Positions 1 through 8,917 of a stretch of 64,000 bases of DNA are shown one piece after another. The notes under the pieces are model-generated. The model made no database searches, was not told where the DNA came from, and was given only the letters and a program-made list of their open reading frames with translations. The translations under genes and the position numbers were made by a program. The stretch comes from an uncultured Acidobacteriaceae bacterium (lineage in GTDB: Bacteria > Acidobacteriota > Terriglobia > Terriglobales > Acidobacteriaceae), in assembly GCA_963760855.1 (NCBI GenBank), contig CAVXFD010000015.1, positions 102,852 through 166,851 of the forward strand, read 5' to 3'. Each line of letters begins with the position of its first letter. The stretch's first letter is position 1.

Positions 1-175
1 CTTGCAGCACAAAAGCTGGTTGTCGCTGGTTCGAACGGTCGAGGTGCGAACCGGTGCGGCGGGTTCCGTGGGTGATTGTGACAAGCGGTGGTTGTCTCCT
101 GAAGAACTGTTGGCGATTCAATCGTGTCGGGGAAACCCTCACCTTTCCGAAAAACAGGGAAAGATGGGGACCCGA

Positions 176-337
176 TTACCGCTTGGACTGGCCGCGAGCC
201 AACTTCTTCACCTTGCGCTTCTTCGATCCGCGGGCGTAGTCGCGGGGCTTCTTGGGCTTCTCCGCTTTCGCCTTCTTGCGGGCGGTGCGTTTTGACTTCT
301 TGCGTTCCTCTTTGGTTAATTCTGCTGTGTTTGCCAT
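176..337 (-). CDS. small Lys/Arg-rich hypothetical protein (53 aa)
   Basis: Below the 60-aa cutoff of the supplied track, so read by eye on the minus strand. ATG at 337, TAA at 176-178. Product MANTAELTKEERKKSKRTARKKAKAEKPKKPRDYARGSKKRKVKKLARGQSKR. AAAGGA lies about 8 nt upstream of the ATG. No family recognised; it may be non-coding. Confidence 0.3.
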   Translation of the reverse strand: MANTAELTKEERKKSKRTARKKAKAEKPKKPRDYARGSKKRKVKKLARGQSKR

Positions 338-348
338 GAATCCTTTTG

Positions 349-439
349 AATTTCGTAATTTGATAATTGAGCAATTTCGTAATTCTAAGGCTGCATCGCC
401 CCGAAGTTACCAAATTCCCCGATTACAAAATTACCAAAT
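349..439. repeat. AT-rich intergenic island with short direct repeats
   Basis: AATTTCGTAATT at 349-360 and 373-384. TTACCAAAT at 407-415 and 431-439, with a degenerate copy TTACAAAAT at 423-431. Both exact pairs are spaced 24 bp. The island lies between the uvrD stop (445) and the small ORF start (337). Confidence 0.6.
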
Positions 440-444
440 CGCGC

Positions 445-3170
445 TCAGGCGCGCTCTAGTTGCGCGTATTTCTCCACCAGCTTTTTCAACCCGAAGCGAG
501 GAAATTGTACAGTAATCTTGGCTTCTTCGCCTTCTCCTTCTCGCTGGTAGACCGTTCCTTCGCCATATTTCGGATGACGGACCTTCTGGCCGGGGCGGAA
601 TCCGCGCTTGCCGGTGGGCTCTTCGAGAGGGATTTTCGGCACAGTAAACTTCTTGCCGCGGCTGGCGAAGAACTCGGCGATGTTCTCGATGGAGTTGTAG
701 GGCTTGGCCGGAGACGTGGGCTTTTGGCGGCTTGCCGGGATGCTGCTCCGCTTCCAGCTTGCGCTTTGGTCTTCGTCTTCGTAGGAGTAGTGCGTACCCT
801 CCGGATCGTAGGCTGCGGGACTTCGCCCCACGGAACGTCCCAAGGCTTGCCCTGAGCCTGTCGAAGGCGCGGCCGTCCCCACACGAGCAGTTCGCCGCGT
901 GCCTAGCTCTTCGATCAGCTGGATCGGCACTTCTTCCAGAAAGCGCGATGGGACGCTGGCCTCCGGCAAATCCGTGCCATAGCGGCGGCGATAGACGGCT
1001 CGGGTGAGGATGAGCTGGTCCATGGCGCGCGTCATGCCTACGTAGCAGAGCCGGCGCTCTTCTTCCACGTCATCGGGCTGGAGCATGGTGCGCGAATGCG
1101 GAAATAATCCCTCCTCAAGGCCACTCAGAAAAACCAAAGGAAACTCCAGGCCTTTCGCGGCATGCAGGCTCATAAGCGTAATCTGGGAGCGCTCGTCATA
1201 ATCGTCCGCGTCGCTAATGAGGGCAGCGTGATCGAGGAACTGGTCGAGGCTTTCGCCGCGGTCGCGCGAGTCCATGGCAGCATTCACCAACTCGCGCAGG
1301 TTTTCGATGCGGGAGAAGGCTTCGGGAGTGTCTTCAGCTTCGAGAAGCTTGATGTAACCGGTGCGGTCGATGAGGAACTTGAGAATGTCGGCGGTGCTGG
1401 CCGTCGGCGCAGGGAATGAATCGGAGGCGGTTGGCGGCGTTTCCGCGATCGGCGCGGTTGATCGGTCTTCGACTGGCTGCCGGCGGGATGCCGGCGCTAC
1501 CGTCGGACTCATCACCGGCATAGGCGCCGCCGAAATCGAAGGCAGTGTTTTCGAATTCGTTGGGATCGAAGGCGGCGGCATCGTCTTCGGACGGCATCTG
1601 TTCGTCGCCATCGGCGTTCGCAGGCGAGGCCGTCCGCGCCAGACCTTGTTCTGCACTCTGTTCCGCACTCTCTTCCAGTTGCTCGACAAAAGTTCCAGCC
1701 AGCATTGCCTGCGCGTCCACGATCAATTGCTGAAAGCTTTTCAGAGCCGCCAGTGCACGTTGGGGAAGCGAGTTGGCGGCGGATGGCTTCGCCGAGCGCG
1801 CCCCAGAGCGACAGGCCGGTTTCGAGAGCAAGACGCTCGAGCGTGTCGATGGTGCTTTTACCGATGCCGCGGGTGGGCGTATTGATCACCCGCAGCAGCG
1901 AAATCGAGTCATCGGGATTTTGGATGACTTTGAGGTACGAGATCATATCTTTGATCTCGGCGCGTTCGTAAAAGGAAAATCCGCCGACCACTTTGTACTT
2001 CAGGCCGTAGCGGCGCATGGCCTCTTCAAACAGCCGTGACTGCGAATTGGTGCGGTAGAGCACGGCGGCGCGCGGCGTTTCGCCGCCCGAGTTTTCCGCA
2101 CGACCGGCTTCACGCAGATATTTCGCGACGTGATCGGCGGCAAAGAGCGCTTCATTCTCCCCATCAGGAGCTTCGTAATAACCGATCTTCGTGCCGCCCT
2201 GGCGCGAAGTCCAGAGGTTCTTGCCTTTGCGACGGATGTTATTGGCGACCACCGCCGACGCTGCCTGCAAAATATTTTGCGTGGAACGGTAATTCTGTTC
2301 GAGGCGAATGATCTTGGCTTCAGGAAAATCTTTTTCGAATTCCAGAATGTTGCGGATATCCGCACCTCGCCAGGAATAAATCGACTGATCTTCATCGCCC
2401 ACGGCGCAGACATTATGCTGCTCACCCGCCAGCATGCGCATCAACTCGTATTGCGGCCGGTTAGTATCTTGGTATTCGTCAATCAGCAGATATTGGAAGC
2501 GGCGGTTGTAATATTCGCGAACGTGCACAGCGGTTTTCAGCAGCCGCGTGGCTTCGAGCAGCAGGTCGTCGAAGTCGAGCGCATTGGCTTTGCGCAACTC
2601 CTTCCGATACTCCTCAAACAGGTGTGCAATCTTCTCCGTCTTCGGATCGGCCGATTGCAGATAAAGTTCCTGCGGATCGAGCATGTGATTCTTGGCCCAG
2701 GAAATACGCGAGAGCACAGTGCGGGGCGTGAGCTGTTTGTCATCAACGCCGAGGCGCTTCATGATGCCTTTAACCACGGATTGCTGATCGCTCTCGTCAT
2801 AAATGACGAACTTCTTCGTGTGACCGATAGGCGGCTGACCGGGCGTGGCGGAAGGAATCTGCAAAGCTTCAATGTCGCGGCGAAGAACACGCACGCAGAA
2901 CGAATGGAACGTTGAGATGACGGGCTTGGCGATGCTGAGCCCGCCGACAAGCTTCTCGACGCGCTCGCCCATTTCAGCCGCGGCCTTGTTCGTGAAGGTC
3001 ATCGCCAGAATGGATTCGGGCATCACTCCTTTGTGCTCGATCAGATAAGCGATCCGGTAGGTAATGACGCGCGTCTTGCCGCTACCCGCCCCGGCGAGGA
3101 TGAGCACTGGGCCCTCGGTGGTTTCGACGGCTTCACGCTGCTGCGGGTTCAGTTGATCGAGAAAAGACAA
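445..3170 (-). pseudogene. uvrD: UvrD/PcrA-family ATP-dependent DNA helicase, reading frame broken twice as sequenced
   Basis: The N-terminal part is ORF 1512..3170 (TTG start), with Walker A AGAGSGKT and DEYQDT. The middle segment LPQRALAALKSFQQLIVDAQAML is only in ORF 1334..1831. The C-terminal part, with LHAAKGLEFPLVFL, RRLCYVGMTRA and the terminal KYGEGTV tudor-like tail, is only in ORF 445..1689. All three segments are in different frames. Confidence 0.85.
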
Positions 3171-3375
3171 TGCGGAAGTGGCTCCGGAGCTGATGAATCA
3201 ATTTTACAGGATTGCGATGTGAGGTCATTTCCTGCGCGTGCGGAATCCCAGTAGAACGACCGCTGTTCGAGGTCGGAGTCCGAGACTTCCTCACTTCCCA
3301 TTTTGGAGTTTCATAAATTCAGATATTACGTCCGGCTGTGATCCGTCGCTCTGAATCGCGCATAGACTTCGTGCA

Positions 3376-3447
3376 GGGCCCGTGGTGTAACGGGAACACA
3401 GCACCCTGCGACGGTAGCAGGTACGGGTTCGAATTCCGTCGGGTCCA
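3376..3447 (+). tRNA. tRNA-like gene, anticodon GCG (Arg if functional), non-canonical stems
   Basis: A cloverleaf can be read by eye. Acceptor GGGCCCG/CGGGTCC (one G-T pair), D arm GTGT-AACGGGA-ACAC, anticodon loop CTGCGAC, T arm ACGGG-TTCGAAT-TCCGT, discriminator A, no encoded CCA. Defects: the anticodon stem GCACC/GGT(A)GC pairs fully only if A3416 is bulged or removed, and the 53:61 pair is G-T rather than G-C. Confidence 0.5.
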
Positions 3448-3563
3448 CGCTTCGATTTTTGAAGCGCAGGTCCTGTGGGGAGCGAAGCAGGGACAGCTTC
3501 CCTACAAAAGTAACTTGACTGAAGATTTCGGCGGCCTATACTGAAACTGTCGCAGGGTGCTGT
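3398..3563. repeat. perfect 15-bp inverted repeat pair bracketing 136 nt
   Basis: ACAGCACCCTGCGAC at 3398-3412 covers the D-stem 3' side, the anticodon stem 5' side and the anticodon loop of the tRNA-like gene. Its exact reverse complement GTCGCAGGGTGCTGT is at 3549-3563. The flanks extend imperfectly (GGGAAC versus ATTACC). Confidence 0.9.
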
Positions 3564-3580
3564 ATTACCCAACTTTGCTT

Positions 3581-3610
3581 GGCCCCGAGGAATCGGGGCC
3601 TTCGTCTTTT
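3581..3610 (+). terminator. rho-independent terminator, plus strand
   Basis: GGCCCCGA-GGAA-TCGGGGCC hairpin followed by TTCGTCTTTT. The T-tract is present only on the plus strand, so the hairpin ends a plus-strand transcript running through the tRNA-like locus. Confidence 0.65.
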
Positions 3611-3617
3611 CGGACTC

Positions 3618-4465
3618 TCACACCCACGCGCTCATCAGATGCCCTATCGCGCCGCGGACGAGCAATCCGTCGGTCCGGTCGTGAAAGTAGCGCGCGTTGA
3701 GTTGCTTTCCTTGCAGGAATTCGGTACGGCTGAATCCCATGCCCTTCAGTTCGGTCTGCAATTCCTCTGGATTGAAAAATAGCTGAAACGGCTCTCCGTA
3801 TCTGGCCACGCGTTCAGAAAGTGCAGCCAACGCCTGGCGCTGGCCATCATTCAGCAGTGCGGGATCGACTGCAAAATCAAAGACAACGCCACTTCCCCTC
3901 GGCATTCGGGCGATCCAGCCGAGGGTTGTCATGCAGGCTGCGCGCGTCAGATACGGAGTTACTCCAAGCCAGGAGAAGAACGCCGCCGCAGTTGTGTCGA
4001 AGCCGAAGCGATGAAGCTCATCCGCGATCGTTTGGCGTTCGAAGTCGATAGGGACGAAGCGTCAGGAGATGATGGAACTGGAATCTTCGCCGCCAGCAGT
4101 TGTTCGCGCTTCCAAGCCTGAGTGGCCGGGTGATCGATCTCGAACACTCGCAATCCAGGATGAGGGTTGCGGTAGGCGAAAGTGTCGAGCCCCGCGCCCA
4201 GAACGACGTATTGAGCCACGCCGCGCGCGACGGCGGAAGCCAGTTCATCTTCAGCGTAGCGGCTGCGCGCCGCCATAAAGGCGCGAAAGGCGCGGGCGAA
4301 GGAGTGATTTTCTTTTGGATCGGAGCGCAGCGCCTCGGCTGCTTCGGAGCCGATGACGCGCAGCGCCAACGGATCATCGAGAACCTTGGGCTCGTCCAGC
4401 AACTGATGAGCGGCCCGCCGCATCGCCACTCGATATGCAGTTCTGCTGAAATTGCCTTCCTGCAT
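3618..4465 (-). pseudogene. class I SAM-dependent methyltransferase (TIGR00027/LCM-like family), one frameshift
   Basis: ORF 3959..4465 carries VVLGAGLDTFAYR and FEIDHPATQAWK. The family continuation FVPIDFERQTIADELHRFGFDTTAAAFFSWLGVTPYLTRAACMTTLGWIARMPRGSGVVFDF is in another frame (ORF 3618..3932 plus its upstream extension). The junction is at about 4056-4062. Confidence 0.8.
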
Positions 4466-4472
4466 GGAAGGC

Positions 4473-4865
4473 CTAACCCGCTACTGCCCGCTCAACCTTG
4501 CACTCGTGGCAGGGGCAGACTTCGCGCAGGAATCTCCAGGAGTAAATGCCAAGGTCGTGGTCGTCATTCCAGGCGAACCGGATGGCATATTTGCCGATCC
4601 CTTCGGCGGAAAGGGGCTTGGCCGCAGCTTTGAACATGGGCAGCATGCCGGGGGCAAGTTTGGCGGGCTCGCCCGGCTTGCGCCCGGATTTGTCACGTTC
4701 TTCGTTGCACATGGCGCAGGGGCAAGCGTCGCGCAGGTAGACGAAATCGTAGTGAGAGACGTGCCCGTCTTTCCACTCGATATCCAGTCCAGTGCCGGTG
4801 GTGAGGTTCACCTTTACCGACCTGGGATCTGTAGCTGCAGTGGGGGATTGAAGCGGGGACTGCAT
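4473..4865 (-). CDS. DUF971 (gamma-butyrobetaine hydroxylase-like N-terminal domain) protein
   Basis: 130-aa ORF with LDIEWKDGHVSHYDFVYLRDACPCAMC and a second CPCHEC motif, typical of DUF971. Confidence 0.75.
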   Translation of the reverse strand: MQSPLQSPTAATDPRSVKVNLTTGTGLDIEWKDGHVSHYDFVYLRDACPCAMCNEERDKSGRKPGEPAKLAPGMLPMFKAAAKPLSAEGIGKYAIRFAWNDDHDLGIYSWRFLREVCPCHECKVERAVAG

Positions 4866-4922
4866 GACTTCAGTATCGCACAGGCGACAACCGCGGAGGG
4901 TTGCCCGCCCGCAATGCGAGTG

Positions 4923-5072
4923 CTAATGAGAACTGGTTGACGACGACGTCGAGTTCGCCTTGGGGCTGGTAACAATTCCAATGGCCAAGCCTCCGATCGC
5001 GCCGGCCAAAATGCCCATCAAGGCCAAAACCAAGGCGCTTTCTACCAGGGTTGGCGATCCGCGTTTCAGCAT
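4923..5072 (-). CDS. small membrane protein (49 aa), hypothetical
   Basis: An internal ATG at 5072 is preceded by GGAGGAAACTT. The product MLKRGSPTLVESALVLALMGILAGAIGGLAIGIV... has one clear TM helix. Confidence 0.5.
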   Translation of the reverse strand: MLKRGSPTLVESALVLALMGILAGAIGGLAIGIVTSPKANSTSSSTSSH

Positions 5073-5139
5073 AAGTTTCCTCCTGAGATTCCGGGGGAAC
5101 CACTCTTCCAGTTTACCTCGGCGAGTCAATTGAGGCGAA

Positions 5140-5169
5140 TTGCCAGGGATGGCTTGAGTCCGGTAGAAT
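5140..5169 (+). promoter_or_regulatory. candidate sigma70-type promoter of rpmB
   Basis: TTGCCA (5140-5145), an 18-nt spacer, then TAGAAT (5164-5169). This is about 40 nt upstream of the rpmB ATG, and AAAGGA lies before the start codon. Confidence 0.3.
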
Positions 5170-5211
5170 GGTTGTTTCCGTTACGAGGCTCTGAAAGGAT
5201 GTACGGCAGTC

Positions 5212-5400
5212 ATGGCTCAACAGTGTGAAATCTGCGGCAAGAAGCCGCAATCCGGAAACCGCATCAGCCACGCCCATAACGTGACCAAGCGGCGTTGGAA
5301 CGTGAATCTTCGTCCGGTGCACGCCCGCGTGGGCGCTACTACGAAGCGCATGCGCGTATGCACGGCTTGCATCCGCAGCGGCAAAGTGGTTAAAGCGTAA
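5212..5400 (+). CDS. rpmB: 50S ribosomal protein L28
   Basis: 62 aa. MAQQCEICGKKPQSGNRISHAHNVTKRRWNVNLRPV matches the bL28 signature (C..CGK....GN..SHA.N.TKRR..PNL). Confidence 0.9.
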   Translation: MAQQCEICGKKPQSGNRISHAHNVTKRRWNVNLRPVHARVGATTKRMRVCTACIRSGKVVKA

Positions 5401-5430
5401 GAACCAGTCAATACAAGGTCTCAGGTCATA

Positions 5431-5488
5431 GGTGTTCGCTCTTAGGCATCAGCTCGTGTGATTTGCCTGACGCCTAAGACCTAACACC
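5431..5488. terminator. long imperfect hairpin between convergent rpmB and the FKBP gene
   Basis: CTTAGGCATCAG (5441-5452) pairs with CTGACGCCTAAG (5467-5478) at 11 of 12 positions. An outer GGTGTT (5431-5436) pairs with AACACC (5483-5488). Confidence 0.45.
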
Positions 5489-5963
5489 TTTCCTTCCTAT
5501 TGCACGCCCAAGCAACTGCACGTCGAAGATAAGAGTTGCATTGGGCGGAATCGGGACCTCCCGGAGTGCCTTCGGCGCCGTAGCCCAGATCGGGCGGGAT
5601 GCGCAACTGGCGTTTCCCGCCGACTTTCATTCCCGCCACTCCTTCTTCCCATCCCTTGATTACTTCGCCGTTCCCGATGGTGAAATCGAAGGGCTTCCCG
5701 GCATCAACCGAGCTGTCGAATTTCTTACCGTTCGTGAGCCAGCCGGTGTAGTGCACGCGCACATGGCTGCCTTCCTTGGCGACGTCACCGGTGCCGACCC
5801 GGATATCCCAATAGACTAAGCCAGAGGGGGTCTTCACTCCGTCGCCGGTGACTTTGGTGGGGGCGTTGGTGTTGGGGGTGGCGGACTTCCTTGCGCTTTG
5901 GGCAACAACGGAAACGACAGTCAATACGAGAATAATTGCGACAGCTGCAACGTACTTGGTCAT
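5481..5963 (-). pseudogene. FKBP-type peptidyl-prolyl cis-trans isomerase, C-terminal frameshift
   Basis: ATG at 5963 after AAGGAG, with a signal/[19 protein letters not shown]. The FKBP core is present ([47 protein letters not shown]). The conserved end [15 protein letters not shown] is out of frame because of one extra base in the GGG run at 5553-5555. The corrected frame would stop at 5474-5476. Confidence 0.8.
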
Positions 5964-6071
5964 TCTGAGCTCCTTTGCAACTCCGCTAATTCTAAACACA
6001 GAGGGCCCTGAGGTGCACAAAGGGTTCTCCGCATTCGACGATTCCCCTTGCTCTAAACCGTGAGATCCTTG

Positions 6072-6449
6072 CTACTGTATCGCGATCACGTCGATTTCCA
6101 CCAGCACGTCCTTGGGCAGGCGCGCCACTTCCACGGTGGAGCGAGCCGGGGGAGCGGTGCTGAAATACTTGCCGTAAACCTGATTCATGGCGGCGAAGTC
6201 ATTCATGTTCTTGAGAAAGACTGTGGAGCGGACAACCTTCCCGATGCCACTGCCAGCCGCTTCCAGAATCTCCGATAAATTGCGCAGCACGCGATCGGTT
6301 TGACTAGCCACGTCTCCGGTAATGACTTGCTGCGTTGCTGGATCGATGGCCACCTGCCCGGAGACGAACACGAATCCATTCGCCTTGATCGCTTGTGAGT
6401 AGGGGCCGATGGCTTGGGGAGCGTCTTTGGTAGAAATGACTTCGCGCAT
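6072..6449 (-). CDS. ridA: RidA/YjgF-family reactive intermediate deaminase
   Basis: 125 aa with DAPQAIGPYSQAI...FVSGQ...ARSTVEVARLPKDVLVEID, a classic RidA pattern. Confidence 0.9.
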   Translation of the reverse strand: MREVISTKDAPQAIGPYSQAIKANGFVFVSGQVAIDPATQQVITGDVASQTDRVLRNLSEILEAAGSGIGKVVRSTVFLKNMNDFAAMNQVYGKYFSTAPPARSTVEVARLPKDVLVEIDVIAIQ

Positions 6450-6540
6450 GGGAGCAGTTCTCAGTTGTCGGTCTTCAGCAAGAACAATTTACCACGGCAA
6501 TCTTGGCCCTTCACTGACAACTGATCGCTGACCGCTGCCT

Positions 6541-8760
6541 TTAGATCTTCTGCAGCCTCTGCACCTCATGCACGCCAGGAATCTTCCGCAGCCCGGACAT
6601 GATCTGCTCGAGATGTTTCAGGTCGGAGATGTCGAGAACGATTTCCACGCTGGCCTGGCTGTTGGCGGTGTGTGCGCCGATGTTGCGGATGTTGCTTTGC
6701 GCGTCACCGATGACGCTGGTGATGTTTTTCAGCATTCCAAAACGGTCGTCGCAATAGACAGTGAGTTTGACGGGATAAGCGGTAGGGGTGCTTTCGTCGC
6801 GGGCCCATTCGACATCGATGCGCCGCTCTGGCTCATACATAAGGTTTGTAACGTTCGGACAGCTCACCGCGTGCACTGCAACACCTTTGCCGCGGGTGAT
6901 GTAGCCGACGATGCTTTCGCCGCGGATGGGATTACAACAGCGGGCGCGGTAGACCAGCATATCGCCCTGGCCTTTCACCATGATGGCATTGTGATCGCCA
7001 AAGACGCGGCGGACGACGCTGGCGATGGCTCCCGGCTTGTTGCTCAACCCCTCAGCTTCAATGTCTCCGGCCATCGAAGGCGTGGCGCCCGAGGGCAAAA
7101 GCCGCGCCAGCACCTGCCGCGCCGAATATTTCCCGTAACCGATGCCGGACATGAGGTCATCGACCTTGCCCAGTCCGTAGCCCGAGGCAACTTTCTGCAA
7201 TTCCTCGTCTTTGATTTCCTTCAGCGCGATGCGGTATTTGCGGGCCTCTTTCTCGATCACCTTGCGGCCGATCTCGATGGAACGCTCGCGCTGGTGGACG
7301 TTGAGCCAATGTTTGATCTTGTTTCGCGAGCGCGAGGACTTGACCAGACCGAGCCAATCGCGGCTCGGCTTGTGGCCGGCCTGGGTAATGATCTCGACAA
7401 TGTCACCGGAATGCAGTTTGTGGCGCAGCGGAACCATGCGTCCGTTGACCTTGGCCCCCACGCAAGTGTGCCCAACTTCCGTGTGGATGGTGTAGGCAAA
7501 GTCAACCGGCGTGGCGTCCCGCGGAAGCACCACAACTTTGCCCTTCGGCGTAAAGGTGTACACCTCTTCGGGATAAAGATCGACTTTCAGCGCCGACAGG
7601 AACTCATTGGGATCGCTGACATCACGCTGCCACTCCACCACCTGTCGCAACCAGGCGAGGCGCTGCTCATCTTGCGCGGAAACAGGGCCGTCTTTGTATT
7701 TCCAGTGGGCGGCAATTCCTTCCTCCGCCATCTTGTGCATTTCTTCGGTGCGAATCTGGATTTCAAAAGGAGTTCCATCTTCCGTGATCACCGAGGTGTG
7801 CAACGACTGATAAAAATTTGGCCGAGGCATGGCGATGAAATCCTTGATGCGCCCCGGCACCGGTCGCCAGATGTTGTGAATGATCCCGAGCACCGCATAG
7901 CAATCCTGCAGGGACCGCGTGATCACGCGCATAGCGAAAAGGTCGTAGACCTGATCGACGGAAATGCGCTGGCGTTGCAGCTTCTTATGAATGCTGAACA
8001 ACCGCTTGATGCGGCTATCGACCTTGGCCTGAATGCCCGCCTCTTTCAGCTTGTCGCTGAGGATCGACTGCATCTTGGCGAGAAACGCTTCGCCCTGCTT
8101 CCGGCGCGCGTTGACGGATTTTTCTACCTGCTCATAACCGGCGGGATCGAGAAAGCGAAAGCCGAGATCTTCGAGTTCGCCGCGAATCTTTCCCATGCCC
8201 AGGCGGTGCGCGATGGGAGCGTAGATCTCGAGCGTCTCTTCGGCGATCTTGTGTTGGCGGTCGGGCGGCAAGTGCTCAAGCGTGCGCATGTTGTGCAGGC
8301 GATCGGCGAGTTTGATGAGCACCACGCGAATGTCATCGACCATGGCCAGCATCATCTTCCGCAGGTTTTCGGCTTGCGCTTCTTCGCGGGTCGCGAAGTC
8401 GATTTTGCTGATCTTGGTTACGCCTTCGACGATGTGGGCGACCTGCTCGCCAAATTCCTTGCGAATGTCGACGATGGTGACGGATGTGTCTTCAACCGAA
8501 TCGTGGAGCAGCCCGGCGGCGATGGCCACCGGGTCCATCTTCATCTCGGCCAGCACCAGTGCGACTTCCAACGGATGCACCAGGTAAGGCTCACCCGAGG
8601 CGCGCAGCTGGCCTTCGTGATGCTTCAGGGAGTAGTCGTAGGCTTTCTTTACAATCTCCAGGTCGTCCTGCGGACGGTTCTCCTCGATCCGCTTCATCAA
8701 CTCGCGGAACTTGGTAAGGGTAAGAGCGGTGGTCGCGATCTGTTGGCGCAAGCTCGCCAT
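6541..8760 (-). CDS. relA: bifunctional (p)ppGpp synthetase/hydrolase RelA/SpoT family
   Basis: 739 aa. HD domain (HPLEVALVLAE, LHDSVEDT), synthetase domain (YRSLHT-like QSLHTSV, EIQIRT), TGS and ACT-like C-terminus. Confidence 0.95.
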   Translation of the reverse strand: MASLRQQIATTALTLTKFRELMKRIEENRPQDDLEIVKKAYDYSLKHHEGQLRASGEPYLVHPLEVALVLAEMKMDPVAIAAGLLHDSVEDTSVTIVDIRKEFGEQVAHIVEGVTKISKIDFATREEAQAENLRKMMLAMVDDIRVVLIKLADRLHNMRTLEHLPPDRQHKIAEETLEIYAPIAHRLGMGKIRGELEDLGFRFLDPAGYEQVEKSVNARRKQGEAFLAKMQSILSDKLKEAGIQAKVDSRIKRLFSIHKKLQRQRISVDQVYDLFAMRVITRSLQDCYAVLGIIHNIWRPVPGRIKDFIAMPRPNFYQSLHTSVITEDGTPFEIQIRTEEMHKMAEEGIAAHWKYKDGPVSAQDEQRLAWLRQVVEWQRDVSDPNEFLSALKVDLYPEEVYTFTPKGKVVVLPRDATPVDFAYTIHTEVGHTCVGAKVNGRMVPLRHKLHSGDIVEIITQAGHKPSRDWLGLVKSSRSRNKIKHWLNVHQRERSIEIGRKVIEKEARKYRIALKEIKDEELQKVASGYGLGKVDDLMSGIGYGKYSARQVLARLLPSGATPSMAGDIEAEGLSNKPGAIASVVRRVFGDHNAIMVKGQGDMLVYRARCCNPIRGESIVGYITRGKGVAVHAVSCPNVTNLMYEPERRIDVEWARDESTPTAYPVKLTVYCDDRFGMLKNITSVIGDAQSNIRNIGAHTANSQASVEIVLDISDLKHLEQIMSGLRKIPGVHEVQRLQKI

Positions 8761-8917
8761 GTAGGATTATAGCCCGCGATGCCCGCGTGGAGCGGGCACT
8801 CGCTCGACAAGCTTCGAAAAGCTGCACCCGGGAGTTGCCGTGAACGAAGGGCAAAGTTTGTGAGAAGGGCCACGGCTGGCGCAGGAAACACACCGTGGAG
8901 CTTCGGCCACGTTTGCG

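Noticed and set aside
1390-1831. Programmed ribosomal frameshifting in uvrD
   Set aside because: No slippery heptamer or downstream pseudoknot is evident. Two shifts would be needed, and no precedent exists for this gene. Indel lesions or sequencing errors are far more likely.
3448-3575. SRP RNA, 6S RNA or tmRNA downstream of the tRNA-like gene (CAGGUCC...GAAGCAGGG and GGUGCUGUAUUACC resemble SRP words)
   Set aside because: The apical loop would be UGUG rather than GNRA. The GGAAGCAGCC asymmetric-loop motif is not reproduced. The interior of the 15-bp-closed domain does not fold into one continuous helix. No tmRNA tag reading frame (…ALAA) or acceptor-end pairing is present.
3376-3620. tRNA-linked genomic island or integration site
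   Set aside because: The duplicated tRNA segment is inverted rather than direct, and covers the anticodon arm rather than the 3' end. No integrase, transposase or phage gene occurs anywhere in the window.
6568-8772. 734-aa ORF on the plus strand
   Set aside because: It is exactly antisense to relA/spoT and has the Gly/Val/Asp/Ala/His-rich composition of a shadow frame in GC-rich DNA. The minus-strand product has unmistakable RelA/SpoT motifs.
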